Shown here: one piece after another, positions 30,601-44,818 of the stretch | Position numbering within the stretch: position 1 is the first letter of the stretch | Layout of the letters: each line of letters starts with the position of its first letter | Assembly: GCA_051294375.1 (NCBI GenBank) | Contig: CM119268.1 | Coordinates: 18,928,615 to 18,992,614, forward strand | Origin: Paraspadella gotoi | Lineage: Eukaryota > Animalia > Chaetognatha | Reading direction: 5' to 3' | DNA length: 64,000 nucleotides | Notes under the pieces: model-generated | What the model was told of the DNA's origin: nothing | Databases searched by the model: none | What the model saw: only the letters and a program-made list of their open reading frames with translations | Translations under genes and position numbers: made by a program

Positions 30601-33600
30601 TTAGTAATAATAAAACACAGGAATCCAATAAAAATTTAATTGCTTTTGGGCCAAAAGAAGCAGACATAGGTATATCAAATGAAATTGGTAATGAAAATAA
30701 AGATATGAAAGTCCTTACAAAACAAACTAACCTTGAAAAAACAAAAACCCAAGAAATTGGAGAGCCAGTAGTAAAAAATTCAATAGTTACACTATCTTAT
30801 ATTGAAAATCAAAGTAATGTATCTACTGAACTATTACAAACTAATTTTGGGATTAGCTCTGCTTTAAAAATTGATGATAAAAACCAAAAAGAAGACAAAG
30901 CAATACCTAATGTTGATGAAATAGAGACAAAATTTGTCATATCACCTAAAAATTTTGAAAATTCTACTGAAGTTGATATTGGAAGTGAAAATAATTCAAA
31001 AATGAACCCACTGAAAAGTATTACAAAAGATTCAAGTTTAATAGCCACTGATATAACTAACTTGAAGGAATCATCCTCAGATTTGACTAAAATCAATTCT
31101 GAAGTAATCTCTCTTATAAAGAGTGATACTAAAAACCAGGAAGAAGCAAAAGCAGATACATTAGAAAGTAATGTAGAAAATAGCTCAATTAGTAATAAAA
31201 ATCAAAACAAACAAGCAATAACCTTGTCACAATCAACTCTTGATAAAACATCTGATGTTTCGGTTGTGAGAGTTAACATTGGAGAACAAAAATTACCTAA
31301 GAAAGAAGGATTGAAAATAAAATCTGAATTTTTTTCTACTGAAAGGTTGGATTCAAAAAATGATTCAATCATCCTAGAACCCAAGCTAGAATTAAAAGAC
31401 CAAAAAGAAACCAAGGCAGATACATTAGAAAGAAATATAGAAATTAGGTCAATTGATAATAAAAATCAAAATGAACAATCAATGAAAATATTACAATCAA
31501 ATCTTGATAAAACATCTGACATTTCGGTTTTGAGAGTTAACATTGAAGAACAAAAATTACAGAAAAAAGAAGGATTACAAATAAATTCTGAATTTCATTC
31601 TACTAAAACGTTTGATTCAAAAAATGATTCAGTGATCCCAGAACACAAGGTAGACAAGCCCCGATTTGATATAAAATCATTTATCAAGGCCGATGATTTA
31701 CAAAAAAATCTGGCCTTGCCCTCAGGTTTAGACTCTCAACAAATTTTTGATATAAATGTAAATGATTTAGATAATATTAAATTAGATTCTAAATTAACTT
31801 CAGACAAACCACGGTTTGATATCAATTCGTACATAAATTCATCTATGAATTCGGATCTGGATATTGACATAAATTCCAATACAATGGCAGATAATATTTC
31901 TGGATTTAAGCCTGCTCAAGTATTAGACTTAAACAAGAGCTTTAAGTCGGATGTAGCACTTAGCACAAACGAAATCAGTAGCAAAGACAAAATTACAGTA
32001 GAGGTTGATAATCAAAATAACAAGAATAATAAAGATGTAGATAAAGAAAACAAATATTTTCAAAAAAGCATTGATCAGATTTACATACCAAAATATATGG
32101 AAAAGGATGAAATTAATATGACCAAAAGTTTACAAGAAAATATAGCTGAGGAACAGTGTGAAACTGCACTTAGACCTTCAGAGAAAAACCAAAATGCAAA
32201 GATTGAGGAGTCCAACGTTGTTGTATCTTCCTCTTATAATGTTTCTACAGTGAGCCAGCAATCCCCACCCCAAGCTATCGCAACCAAGTCTTCTTCTCTG
32301 GTACCCTTAATGATTTATTCCCCTGAAGATTCCAAACCCCATCATTCTGCAGTGATTGAACTCTATTCACCTGATGCAAACTCAACTCTACCCCCTCAGG
32401 TAATAGATATTCACTCTCCCACGACATTAATTGTTCATTCACCAACTACTATGACGGTTCATTCCCCCAAAACATTGAATGCTTTGCCTCCAACGACAAT
32501 GGATGTTAAAAGCATTGAGATGCACAAAATCATGCCAAATTATGATGGGCAAGAACTTCAAAGACACGAACAGCAAATGGTACAACAAAATTTAGAAGGG
32601 AAACATTTCATACCATCAGTTGCCCAACACAATTCTCTAACAATGATGAATTCAAGAGAATATCAAACCATGAATAAAAATATATTTCCAAATTATTATT
32701 CCTCTCAGAATGAGTTTTACTCAACTTCGCCTTTTAGTAGAACAATGGCGCCTGGTCATGATTGGCATGGGTATCTGGATGAAGGATATGACCTTGTGGT
32801 TCATGATGAATTTGATGACATTCCTAGTGGTAATACTGAGGAAGGGATGAGGCGTCATGATCCAGGCTATATAGATTCTACTTATGAAACCATGCTCATG
32901 GAAGAGATGCAAAGGGAAGAATTCACTGACTATAATTTGGAAGAAATGCGAGGTTCAAGCATGGAAAGGGACTGTGGAATGGGAGAGATTTTAAAAAGAA
33001 CCGGGATTCAACAGCCTGGTATATCAACTTTAAGAAACTTGGAAACAGCAGTACTGAATGACACTCCTCTTCCAAAATATTCAGAGCAAGTGTCACATTC
33101 TAATTTAATTGATTCTGTTGGATCACTCGTCGACCAGAAAAGAGAAGTTCAGGTTGAAGAAATCGAGATAAGAGAGAGAAAAGATGATCCAGATGAATCC
33201 ACAGACATGGTTCCTGAAATCGAAACTTTCATTAAAGAAACGATGAAGCCTCCAACACGCAGACAATCCCACCAAGATTTTCTTCTTGGTTCAATACACC
33301 AACAGATCTTATTAAAACATCAGCTGCAAAAAGAGGAAGAAAAAGTACAGCAAAAAGAGCAGGAAACGAATCAAAAGGTTTCCCCTATTAAGACGCCACC
33401 AAGTAAAAAAATAGCCGAAGATTTGGAGGGCCTACCTCCTGTGAAACAACTTGAACAAAAACAGCTGCTACAACGACGTCAACAACTGGACGAACAACTG
33501 CAAGAGCTCCAACAACAAAGGCAGCATGATCAACAACGACGACTAAGACAACAGCAACAAATAGCTCAGCGTCAACATTCCCATGAATCGATTCCGACTG

Positions 33601-34346
33601 ATCCTTCTCTTGCCGCTGCAAGGAAACGACAGAAGATGAGAGATAATTCAGATTTTTATGGTCAAAATCTGCAATATTATCCTAACTATCGAATCCAAGA
33701 TTATAAACCACGACAGCATCAAAAACAATGGAAGCAACATCCAAGAGAACATCTACGGATGTACCAGTCCCCTTCTCAAATTAAACATACTGCATCGGCC
33801 TTTAAAAGGCCGGAAAGACATAAAGTTTCAGAAGAACAGCAACGACACCAAGAGCAATTGCAATTAAATCTACAACAACAAACTAGTGAGACCTTAGAGT
33901 CAAAGTTAGACAAGGACGCTGACATGGAGCGACCAATGTCCGAAAATCACCAAGAAATTAAGGAGCAGTCTGAAGAGCAAAAAGAGCTTCAGAAACAGTC
34001 GCTCTCGTTTGATGAACAGGTGAAATTACAGCAGAATAGTGACGATACTGCAGAACCTCAGCAGTTGCAGCAACAAAGCGAAAAATCTGAAGAGCAGGAG
34101 CTACTGGAGGACTTAAAATCTCAAAGCATAGAGCTTGAGGAACTTCGACTGTTACAGGAGCTTCAACGGCCAAGCGATGTGCAAAAACCAAGGCTTTCTC
34201 CAAGTAAGAATTTGGAGGAGGAGGAAATGATGCAACTTCAGAGCGAGGAATTGCAACAACTGGAGGGCGATTCGCCGCAAACGATCGCTGATGTTTGGAA
34301 AAATTTTAGAACCTCTTCCGGATATTGCGTTGCCGGAGAAAGAAAG
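21699..34346 (+). CDS. Giant 12,648-nt first coding exon (4,216 codons) of a ~4,636-aa low-complexity, likely intrinsically disordered protein
   Basis: Uninterrupted ORF in AT-rich DNA; catcATGg start with upstream in-frame TAA at 21633; aag|gttaaa donor in phase 0 matching exon 35057. Confidence 0.88.
28119..29690 (+). repeat. Coding tandem repeat, 273 bp (91 aa), about 5.5 copies
   Basis: KPRFDVNSYIQSNALVEN unit starts at 28128, 28401, 28674, 28947, 29220 and degenerate 29493. Confidence 0.95.
31130..31650 (+). repeat. Coding tandem duplication, 264 bp (88 aa) x2
   Basis: gcagatacattagaaag at 31152 and 31416; KADTLE...DKTSD.SV.RVNI..QKL.KKEGL...DSKNDS in both. Confidence 0.9.
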
Positions 34347-34376
34347 GTTAAAAAAAGGAAAAAATAAGAAAAAAAA

Positions 34377-34472
<96 letters not shown>

Positions 34473-34936
34473 AAAATTAAAGAAACGAAGAAGAGAGAAA
34501 GATACAGTGAGAAATCTGTACATCGGTTTAGTAAAAACTTACGAATTTGAAAAAAAGTTTAGAAAATTTATAAAAAAAACTTAGTTTATTAGTATATTTA
34601 AAACTATTTAACTTTAAATTTAGCAAAACCTTGGGATTATTTTAATTATTATATTATTTCTCGTAAGTTTAATTGGCAACATCAAAAATTAGAAGTATGT
34701 TTTTCTCTTTAAAGATAAGTATAGGAAAACGACGAATTTTCTGACTAAACTTATCTGATTTAACTGACAAATTTCGTTTTCGTTTCTATTGTTCTTGTCT
34801 AATTTAAAATGGATATCAAGAGGCGTGATTGTTATGCGGTTGTCGTAGTCGTCGTCTAAAGCCTTCGACATTATTGTGGTCGTCAACATTGTGGTTCTCC
34901 TCATTTGCTATTTTGGTGTTTGATTTCCAACTTTTT

Positions 34937-35004
<68 letters not shown>

Positions 35005-35056
35005 TCTCTCTCTCTCTCTCTCTCTCTTTCTCCTTTGTCCTCTGGGCCTCAAACAG

Positions 35057-35135
35057 ACGCAGAATTCGGATCACAGCGACAAGGAATCCAATTTGCAAAT
35101 GGCGCTCGTGCCTTCGGCTGGGACTGGGGTCGGAG
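35057..35135 (+). CDS. Giant-exon gene, exon 2 (TQNSDHSDKESNLQMALVPSAGTGVG)
   Basis: (CT)n + aaacag acceptor; gag|gtgagt donor; phase 0/1. Confidence 0.75.
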
Positions 35136-35732
35136 GTGAGTGAAAAAAGGAAGGCGGATGGGACGAGTTGGTTTTTTAGATGGAATGAGGTAAGATTAGA
35201 TTTCCGGACCTGATGGTAAAAGATGAGTGAGTCTAGAATGCCATATAAATGAAAAATAATAGAATTTTGAGGGAGATAATTTCAAATTTAAGTAACCTCG
35301 GATAATTATAAGTTAAAAGAAATGTCAGTCGAAGTACTTAAATGAAAGCGCCTAAATTATAAAAGATAATGAATAGGTAACTAACTATTAACCCTCAGTC
35401 GAAAAAGAGACCTGGTCGTCAGGTGCCCCGACCAAAGAGGGTAACTATTCCGCTCAACTTTATCAAACTCTTTTTTTTTCTCTCCCTTCTTTGCAAGAGA
35501 GCCTTGGCCAAAGGGCCTTTGCAAGGGGGCCTCTTTAAAGGGACACTTTTTTTCTCCTTATTCGTTTTCGTGTCGAACTTTTGACGGGAAAAATTACTAA
35601 ATTTGATCGATTGTGTGGTTTTTCTATTTTTTCTTCTAACTTATTTTAGTAATTAGACTTAATTATTTAATTTTCTTAAACATCGAGTTTAAACATATGT
35701 GTCTTTTCCTTTTTCGGTAAGACGAAGCAAAT

Positions 35733-35860
<128 letters not shown>

Positions 35861-36473
35861 AGACAGAGGATGAGAGTATTTTTGGGGCGACCAAAGCCTC
35901 ACCGATTATATCGTGTTCGAAAGATAATAAAAGGTCACGGAGATGAGGATGACGCCGATGATCTAAAGAGAAGGGCGATGAGAAACTTTTGGGGTCATCT
36001 AGAGGTCAAAAGGTCAAAGTGTCAAACGATGACGAGAAATTTTTTTTTGCCCCCGCGTTATATTTTCGGGAATTTAAGTTTTTTTAAGTAGTTTTCCCAA
36101 AGTCGTTGTTTTCTCAGCGTGTTTAAGAATCCAATTTACGATACAAAAAAATTGCGTTTTATAATTTTTTTTTTTTTAATTAAAAAGAGGGGCTTCTTTT
36201 CTTTGTCGCATTTTATCGCCTTAATTGTCCTAATTGATTTTGAACGTACATTGAACTCAGCGTCTGCCCTCGTTCATCCCCCGATTTTTTTAAATTAAAA
36301 AAAAAGTAATTTAAAATCTGTAGGCGGCATGACTCAAAAACTAGATAGACCAAAAAAAAAATTCATTTAATACTTTTATTTCATTAAAGCACACGTTTGC
36401 CCTTTGTTTTCTTTCGCGAATCAATTGAGATGACGAGCCCTTATGTTTTTTTTCAATTCCCCCCCGATCGCAG

Positions 36474-36587
36474 CGCACGAGCGGTACATGGCGGCGGAGG
36501 ATAGAATGAGGCGAAGAATGGAAGAGAAGGCTGAGAAGAGAAAAAAACAGCAGGCGGCCATTTTGGACGAGATCAGCGCGGCAGTCA
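36474..36587 (+). CDS. Giant-exon gene, exon 3, charged helix (HERYMAAEDRMRRRMEEKAEKRKKQQAAILDEISAAV)
   Basis: cgcag acceptor; ca|gtaagt donor; 114 nt, phase 1/1. Confidence 0.8.
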
Positions 36588-37068
36588 GTAAGTTTCGAAG
36601 GGTGGGGAAAGGGAAAGGCTAAAGCTTAGATAAGGGCAATTTTGGACAAGAAAAACTCAGTAAGTTTCTAAGGATGGGGCTGTAAAATGGGTGAGGCTTT
36701 GTTAAAGGTGAGAATAAAAGAGGTCATCGGGGTTTACATCTTTTCAGGAGTTTTGCTAAAATAATTCGAGGCATCATTTTTTTAATTGCAACAGTCTGAA
36801 TCAACGTTTCAATTACATAAGCGACCTTTATGAAAACGAAACGAGGATGAAACGATGACAAATGATGACGTTCGACAAAATGAGAAGATTGAGGAGAATA
36901 ACTCGAGACTTTTCTAGATTTAATTGAGATTTAATTAACGAGGAGGTTCAAGAGGATATTGACGATGACGACGATGACGAGGACGACAACAGCGACGACG
37001 ATAACGACGGTGAAAAAGCGTCTGACGAGGACGATTTGTACTAAGACAACAGAAAATAAAACCCTCTC

Positions 37069-37130
<62 letters not shown>

Positions 37131-37133
37131 CAG

Positions 37134-37403
37134 CTTCCCGCCCCGGAAGCCGCTCCGCTAGTCGCTCCGGCAGCCGCTCCAGCAGTCCGACCAACTTCCC
37201 ACCCGCGGGGACTCATTCTTACGGTCGCAGCTTCTCCGAGGCTGCGCCGGGCTCCTCCCGCTCCGGCAGCATCGGCTCTGACGCAGGAACCTACTACGGC
37301 GCCCTCGTGCCGGTGCAGAGCGCCGGCGGGGCGTCGCCGAAGGCGTCGTCGTACGGTAGCCGATTCACGGGAAGGAGGGCGCCGTCGACGGGCGGATTGA
37401 GGG
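37134..37403 (+). CDS. Giant-exon gene, exon 4, Ser/Arg/Gly-rich (SRPGSRSASRSGSRSSSP...)
   Basis: (CT)n + tccag acceptor; g|gtgagt donor; 270 nt, phase 1/1. Confidence 0.82.
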
Positions 37404-37850
37404 GTGAGTTTGAAGATGAAGAATCAATGGTGAGGAGATGGAGAAAAAAAAAGGGGGAACAAAGTATAACAGAACGGCTTATGCCAAAATATATTATGCG
37501 GGCATTTCTTAGGTTCACTGCGCAATTAATCATCTTGCTCGCAGTCTTTCCCCAGTGGCTCATTGAGTAAAGCCATCTTTACTACCATACTGCCTTACCG
37601 CTCATGACCACTAAATAATCTGTACAATCCCAACCCGGTATCGACCTTAAGGGAAGCGTTAGGATGGCTGTAAACCGCCTTGAGGGCGTAAGGACCCTCC
37701 AACCTTGGTGGCTCCAATCCAAGGACCCGTTCCAAGTCTGAAAGAGGGGGATTAAATAAATTATGGAAGTCATCTTCGGTCTACTTTTAAATCTCAACAA
37801 CCCTGTGAATGTTTCACCACGCCTTCGTCTTTAACTCTAAAATAAAAAAG

Positions 37851-38120
37851 TCGGCGGGTTGGAGGAAATCGGCGAAACGGGCGCCGGTGGCGCCGCCTTG
37901 CGTCCTTCGATCCGATCGGCGTCGATGTCCTCGGCGTTGGAATCTCGACGCCGAACGCCGCGGCCACGATCGGCGCACGGTGGCGTCGCCGTCGTCGTTC
38001 CGCGCGCTCCGGCGCCAAATCGGCCGAGAAATTGGCGCGCGGAGCCGCTCACTCGACAGAGGAGCGTGCCTGCCGCGCCGGAATTTTCCGCCGGGGAAAA
38101 TCGGCGACGTTGGTCGTTAG
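37851..38120 (+). CDS. Giant-exon gene, exon 5 (GGLEEIGETG...RQRSVP...RRRWSL)
   Basis: tag|gtaagg donor; weak aaaag acceptor; 270 nt, phase 1/1; GC-rich open frame. Confidence 0.7.
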   Translation, partial: SAGWRKSAKRAPVAPPCVLRSDRRRCPRRWNLDAERRGHDRRTVASPSSFRALRRQIGREIGARSRSLDRGACLPRRNFPPGKIGDVGR

Positions 38121-39329
38121 GTAAGGTCGTGGATGGAGCAAGGTCTCTTTCGACGTCGTGGCTTCCTGGTAAGGTCTTAAAATTGAGGTCTGACCACAAA
38201 GAAGTACGGTGAAGGTTTGAAGTATTTCTCCCTCGCGCGTGGAAGGAAAGCATGGCGGGGAGTTTGAAGCATGGCGAAGAAGAGATAGGGAAGGGCATGA
38301 ATAAACTCGTCCTTTGCCGTTTATATGTCTATCATTCTGTTTTTGAATTTTTTTATTCGGGCAAATGTTTAATATTTCGTTTCAATGTTTTGGTGTCGGT
38401 TTTAAATTTACGTTTTGGACTCCGCGGTTTTGTCTCTTTTGTTTTGTCTGTTTCGTTATGTTTTTTCTGTGGCTCGCGCGATTTGTTTTAGTTATCTCTC
38501 TGTCTCTCGGCCTTGTCGACATGCGAGTTAGTTTCTCATTTTACTAAGACTTCCCCATTTTTATCTCGCCAGATGGGCTCAAGCCCGTTTTGGCTAGATT
38601 TTGGATCGCTTTAGCTTCTTTGTAACGTCGTCGTCGTCATCATCGGCACTTTTTTTCTTATATAGTTTTGACTGGGGCTTACAATTTTTTTTAAAAATAA
38701 AATGTAAATGAACGATCATTGCATCACAGTCCAGGTTGAACCACTATTTTATTCTAGCTTGCCACTTCTTATAAGCAGCTATTACAATAATAATAAATAA
38801 TTAATATCTTTTTTTTGCAGGTTTTTGGTTTAACTACCAAACAATAGATCTAGTTATCAAGTTCCATTAGTAAAACAGTGAGGCAGTTTGATAAGAATGT
38901 CCATTTTATTTGTTTCATATCGATTCAAGTAATTTTTGTTTGAATTTTCACTTCATTATGATTTACTGCAATATGCAAATTAAAATATAGTACTTACTGC
39001 AATTTAAAAATAAATTTGTCTGAATTATGTAAATAAAAATATTTATTTTCTCTGGAATTTTTCATTAATTTTCTTTGATCTGGCGAGATCACTTTTAATA
39101 TTTTTTTGGTTGAACTGATGTGAGAATTTTGTAATCGTCGTTACTCGTTACTCGATTGTGAGAACCAGGGATTTAAATAGGGTTAGAAAGAGAGAAAAAG
39201 AAAGAGAGAGAGAGAGACTTCTTTTAAAAGCTTTAAAAAAGAAAAGATGAGAAGGCTTTGATTCAAGATTTTGTTATCCAAACTTATTATCCAGCGCTCG
39301 TTCTCTCTCTCCGAATTTACAGTAGTTTC

Positions 39330-39446
<117 letters not shown>

Positions 39447-39575
39447 TCTCTCTCCCCTTTTTCTCCTAATCCTTTTATCCCCTTGCATTTTCCGACGGAC
39501 CACGTTTTACTCCCATCACTTACAATTTACTCACCATTTTTTTCCATCGGCGAATTTACAGTAGTTTCCTTCTCT

Positions 39576-39645
<70 letters not shown>

Positions 39646-39884
39646 TAAACCTGTACTTTTCTATCTCTTTCTGTTCAATATCGGCTTTTTTTCTTCCTTG
39701 TTTTCTTTACTTTTTCTCAGTTTCTCTATATTTTCCCCGTATTTTTGACTCTTTAATTTGTTCATATCTTATTTAAGAATTACGATTCTTCTGAAAATAT
39801 TTTTTTAATCTATTTTTCTCGTCGTCGTTGCACTGAGACTTCGATAAGCGGTAATCGTCTTGGTTGTCATCATCGTCTTTTTCG

Positions 39885-39964
<80 letters not shown>

Positions 39965-39990
39965 GTCGTCATCATCATCATCATCACCGT
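39885..39990. repeat. (TCA)n trinucleotide microsatellite, intronic
   Basis: Direct inspection; explains the poly-Asp and poly-Met ORFs. Confidence 0.95.
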
Positions 39991-40779
39991 CATCATCATC
40001 ACCACTATCGCCATAGCGAGGCGCCATCTTCCCCTTTAAGACTCTGAACGACTTTTGGCATCTTTGCCACTATTGCCGTCATTACCGCCGTCTGCTCCTC
40101 ATTGCCATCGATTGCGCTTCAATGCCATTTTTCTTCGCGTCACACATTTGTCACCTTCTTTCTTTTTTTTTCCTTTTGCGTTTCTGCGACCCTTTTCGTC
40201 TCGCCTCGTCGATCTGACTCCTTCTTCCATTTTCTTATTTCATTTCTTATTTTTATTTGTAAATTTTTTCTCCTTCTCTATTTTAATTTTACTTTTCTTT
40301 ACTTATGAAATTGGTACAACCAATATATTTTATATTTTATATTTATTTATATATTTATATTTATATTTATTATATTTATTTATATTTTACTTTACTTTCT
40401 TTTTACTTTCTAACTCTTTCCACATTTTTATTTCATTTTTTTAAATTCTGTTATATTCTTTTCTTTTTTGTTCTTTCTCTTTTTTTAGTTTCATTTTTTT
40501 CTTTACTTTATTTTCTTAATTCTCTCTTTTTTTCGCTTTATTATCCTCATTAAACTGCTCAGCTTGTGTTGGGAAAGGTTCCAATTTCGATCATTTGGCG
40601 TTGACGAGTTAATAAATAAATTAAGCGTGAAAAATAAAATATACGAAAAAACCAAACGGAAACAAATAAAGCAACAATATTAATCAAACGACCCCTTCTA
40701 CCCCCAACCCCCCCCCCAAAATATATTACTCCCCTTAAACTACCATTCTAATCCCCCCCTCAACTTCCCCCCATTTCAG

Positions 40780-40946
40780 GCTCCCAAGGGTCACTCCTCG
40801 ACGCGTCCCCCTCCGCCGCCTCACCGCCTTCCGCCTCCATGTCCATCAAAGACTTCCGGTCCAAACCCTTCGCCGCCGTCAGGTCCGTCAGATCGTCAAT
40901 CTCGAGGGACCAATCAGAGGACGAGCTCAGCGAGGTCGGCTCCGTG
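40780..40946 (+). CDS. Giant-exon gene, exon 6 (SQGSLLDASP...DQSEDELSEVGSV)
   Basis: tttcag acceptor; gtg|gtgagt donor; phase 1/0. Confidence 0.8.
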
Positions 40947-41506
40947 GTGAGTTTATTTTTCAGGGTAAGGGGGAGCGGGTGAGTCAACTGGATGCTTTTA
41001 AAAAAATTCATTTAGTAAATAATTAGAAATTCGTTATTCGTTTTTAATAAATTAGGTAGAAATAAAAATATTTGGGCTTCATTCATTCAAAAATTTGTTA
41101 TGCCTGAACTTTTCCCTATACCATATGAATATACAACATTTCACCTTGTATTGTTACTTAAAAACGTTAAATCGTAGAAAAGACTTAATAAATAAAAATG
41201 ACCGTGACTTTTCCGGTATCCTTGGAGTGATTTTAACGTGGAGAAATACCATGTTATAATTTTTTTATAATTTTGGAGGCCTAACTCAACATAGCCTGTC
41301 CAGTGTCCAAAGACGGGGGAAAGATAGCTTATTCATTATTGTTTTATATTGGTTGTACTAATTTCATACGTAAGTCGTCTCTGGGTCTCTCGGTCTCTCG
41401 ATCGCAGATCGAGAAATCCTCGATTTCGATTTTCATCCAAAACCAAAAGCCAAAAATCAAAAAGGGTTTCGATTATTAACTTAATTAAATTATAACCCAA
41501 ACTTCG

Positions 41507-41947
41507 TCAATGGGGTGGGTCAGAAGTTTGATTTGGAACCTTTCCAAATGAAACTTCATACATTTCTGAGAAAACTTTCAATGGAGCAAAATTTTCTAAA
41601 ATGGCAAGAAGCATTAGTAATTAATTTTTTAATATTTATTTATAGATAGGAAATGTCAAAAAAATTTTTGGATTTTTTTATTTTAAAAGCAGATTCAAAT
41701 AGCTTATGAAAAAGTTATCTACACAAAGTATAATTCTTTTTTCAATATTTTGATTATAAGTGGGTTAAAATTGAGAAAAACCTTAAAAAATCATCATCAT
41801 CATTATCATCCGATGATTTTAGCAGTTTTTACTAATTTTTAGTAATAAACATCAAAATTTTAAAAAGTTGTAATTATATTTTTTACTTAACTTTTTAAGC
41901 TCTATCAGAATCAATTAAAAAAACTTAAAATATCCAAAAAAATTTTT
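41507..41947. mobile_element. AT-rich hairpin interspersed repeat, copy 2 (intronic)
   Basis: Colinear with 10891-11340. Confidence 0.7.
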
Positions 41948-42764
41948 AACATTATATTAACTGATGACCTTCCCATTGTATAAACATAAAAGATAAAAAA
42001 TATTCAAAAAAGAAATAATTAAAAATAGGATAAAGAAAAAATAAAATTTTCATTAAAGTATTTTAAAATTATATTCATGACATAAAGGTGCCCCTATAGA
42101 CCTTTCCCCAGTATGTATCCCTATCAGAACATACAATTCTACATGGTAGTCTTATCCCTATTTGGTAAAAAAATCATATATAACGTTGGTCCTCAAAAAA
42201 TTATCCATTCCCACCCCTTTCTGTTCAGCCTCTTAGATATTATGATTTTTCATTAATGACTTTCTAACAGAAATGATGTGTGATAATCTATTAGAAAACT
42301 AGGACAGATAGTAATCTAACCTTGTGTTGTATAGATGCTCCCTCCATTTCCAGAAGACAACACTGACTTCCCCTTCCCAAATTGTATTATTAGATAAATA
42401 AAACTTTTTAAAAAAGAAAGCAATATATGTTTGAATAAATAATATAGATTAAATACTAAATCCTTCATAAAAATATTAAATATTAAAATAGAAAAATGAA
42501 AAATAGTGAAACAAGTAATTTGCAAATTTTCCTAGCAATATAATAATATTAATTAGCGAATTACTCATGGTTCGGAACATTTTTGTAAAAATATTTTAAC
42601 ACAATAATTAATACCAATAATGGATTAGTTTAATTGCTGTTCCCATTAAAATTTGAATTTGGTCGGCTACCGCAGTGATAGTTGACCGCTTTTCAAAACT
42701 ACTTCATTTTTTCCATTTTCTTTATTTTATTTCTTTCACTTAATCTAATCAATCTCTATCACAG

Positions 42765-42914
42765 GACAACTTCCTCGGTGGACCATCCAGTCGGCGGATG
42801 TCGAATGTTTCCGTCGACGACGACGCCTTCTACGCAGCCGCCGTCTCCAGCACGCAGCAGCAGCAACAACAGCAACAGCAGAGAATGCCGGCCGGTCCAG
42901 AGTCTGATGCTCAG
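42765..42914 (+). CDS. Giant-exon gene, exon 7 with polyQ (DNFLGGPSSRRMSNVSVDDDAFYAAAVSSTQ9RMPAGPESDAQ)
   Basis: cacag acceptor; cag|gtgg donor; 150 nt, phase 0/0. Confidence 0.8.
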
Positions 42915-42946
42915 GTGGCCAAAGGGAAGGGTTCGAAGGCTGAGAA

Positions 42947-43000
<54 letters not shown>

Positions 43001-44818
43001 TCTGATTCTTTGGGAGAATGAAACTATTAGTAAATCATAAAATCTTTTTATGATCAAATAGATACATGAGCTTGTTCCACTTAATTTTTTATTTAATTTT
43101 TCAAACTATTACTGTTAACAATCGCTGCTCTATTTCAAAATCGGGGCTTTGGATTTTTCTTTTTCGGGATAAGTTTTTTAAACTAATCGTTTTTATATGA
43201 ACACTTTTTTGTTCTTCCAAAGTTGTCGCGCTGATAAATTTGACAACCGTTTCAAACTAGATAAAACCATTTTTAGTTTATGTCTGTGCGGTTTTTCCTT
43301 TTAAATTTTGTTTCAACTGTGACTTTAACGAACTACGACCCTTCTTTTCATGCTCCTCTTCCTCCTCCTCCTCCTCCTCCTACTCCTCCACCCTCTCTTA
43401 CTCAATTATCTTCGCCCCCACCCTCCTCTTCCCTTCTTCAAAAACGTATGTGCACTTTTTTTTTCTGGAAACTTGTTTTAGGCACCAAATGGATTTTCCC
43501 GTTAACCTTTCTCGATTTTTGCTGTGCGGCGTAAGTGTGTTTCGCAATCAACTGCTCTTTTTCTCGTTTACCCTTTTAGTTTGAGTTTTTTATCATTAGG
43601 TTTTTTTTTTTTGCCTTATTTTTTTGAACTCGTATTTGAAACTAGTAAGAAACTGCTTGCTTAACTTTCTTTAGTTCCTACAACCTGCATCATCAAAAAA
43701 ATTTTTTTTATTGTTTTAGTTTTTTTTAATAGACGTTCTTTTCGAAAACTGATCAATTCTATAAACTTTTAAAATATGAAAATATATGCATTTTTAGTTC
43801 TATAACCATATATATATGTAATTTTAATAAACTTTAAGTTACCGACATATTTTTGTCAGTAGAAGAACTAAAATTAAACATAACCTTTTCTGTATAGAAG
43901 AGAATATTGAAACTCAAGTAATTTATTTATACCCGAATAAACTCTGCCTATTTAGTCTTTGAAAACCTCATCAATATCAGTAGCGACAATAATGTTATGC
44001 CACAATACTACATTCCACATTGCTCACTTTTATTTTGTCATTTTAAATGTCGCATGTCTTTGTTTTCGTATCGTGAGATTTTTCGTTGTACATGTTTGTG
44101 AGTTTGTAAAATATATAAATAACTTTGCATGCATAAAAATTACAAAAAATATTAGAAATAAAATAATATAATTAACTAAAAACGCGGGGTATGGCGCGCG
44201 AGATACGAGTCAAAACCGTCACTCGCGACGAACCCGTCGACGTCACGTTTCAGTTGGCGTCACGTCACGCGATCCTCGTGTCAATTGACGTAACCACGTC
44301 ATGTCACGCTAAAAAATTCAATCGACAATGTTTCACCGATTTTATTCTCATTTTCTCCATTTTTCTCTCCCTTCCCTTTTTTACTTTTTTTCATTCCTTC
44401 CCCTTTTTCTCTGTTTTTTTTCCATTTTTCTTTCCATTTCCTCCTCTTTATTCTTTTTCCATTTTCTATTTTTCCCTTTATTTTTTGTTCACATTTCCCT
44501 TTACTTTTCCATTTTTTTTTCTTCACTTTTTTTTCCTTTCAATTTTCCCTTCCCCGTTTTTTCTGTTTTATCTTCTATTTTCTCTTTTACTTTACCATTT
44601 TTTCCCTTCCTTTTGACAAATCGATTTTTCCATTTCCCTTCTTTATCTACCCTTGCCCCTATCCATTTTCTCCTTCCCTTTCCTGTTCACAATTCAATTT
44701 TCTCTTTCCTTATTACATTTTCTTTTACCTTATTCCATTTCCCTTTTTTTCCTTCCAACTCTTTGCCTCCAATTCTCCAACCAACCCTTTTCCCCACTCG
44801 ATCCTACAATCCCTTCAG

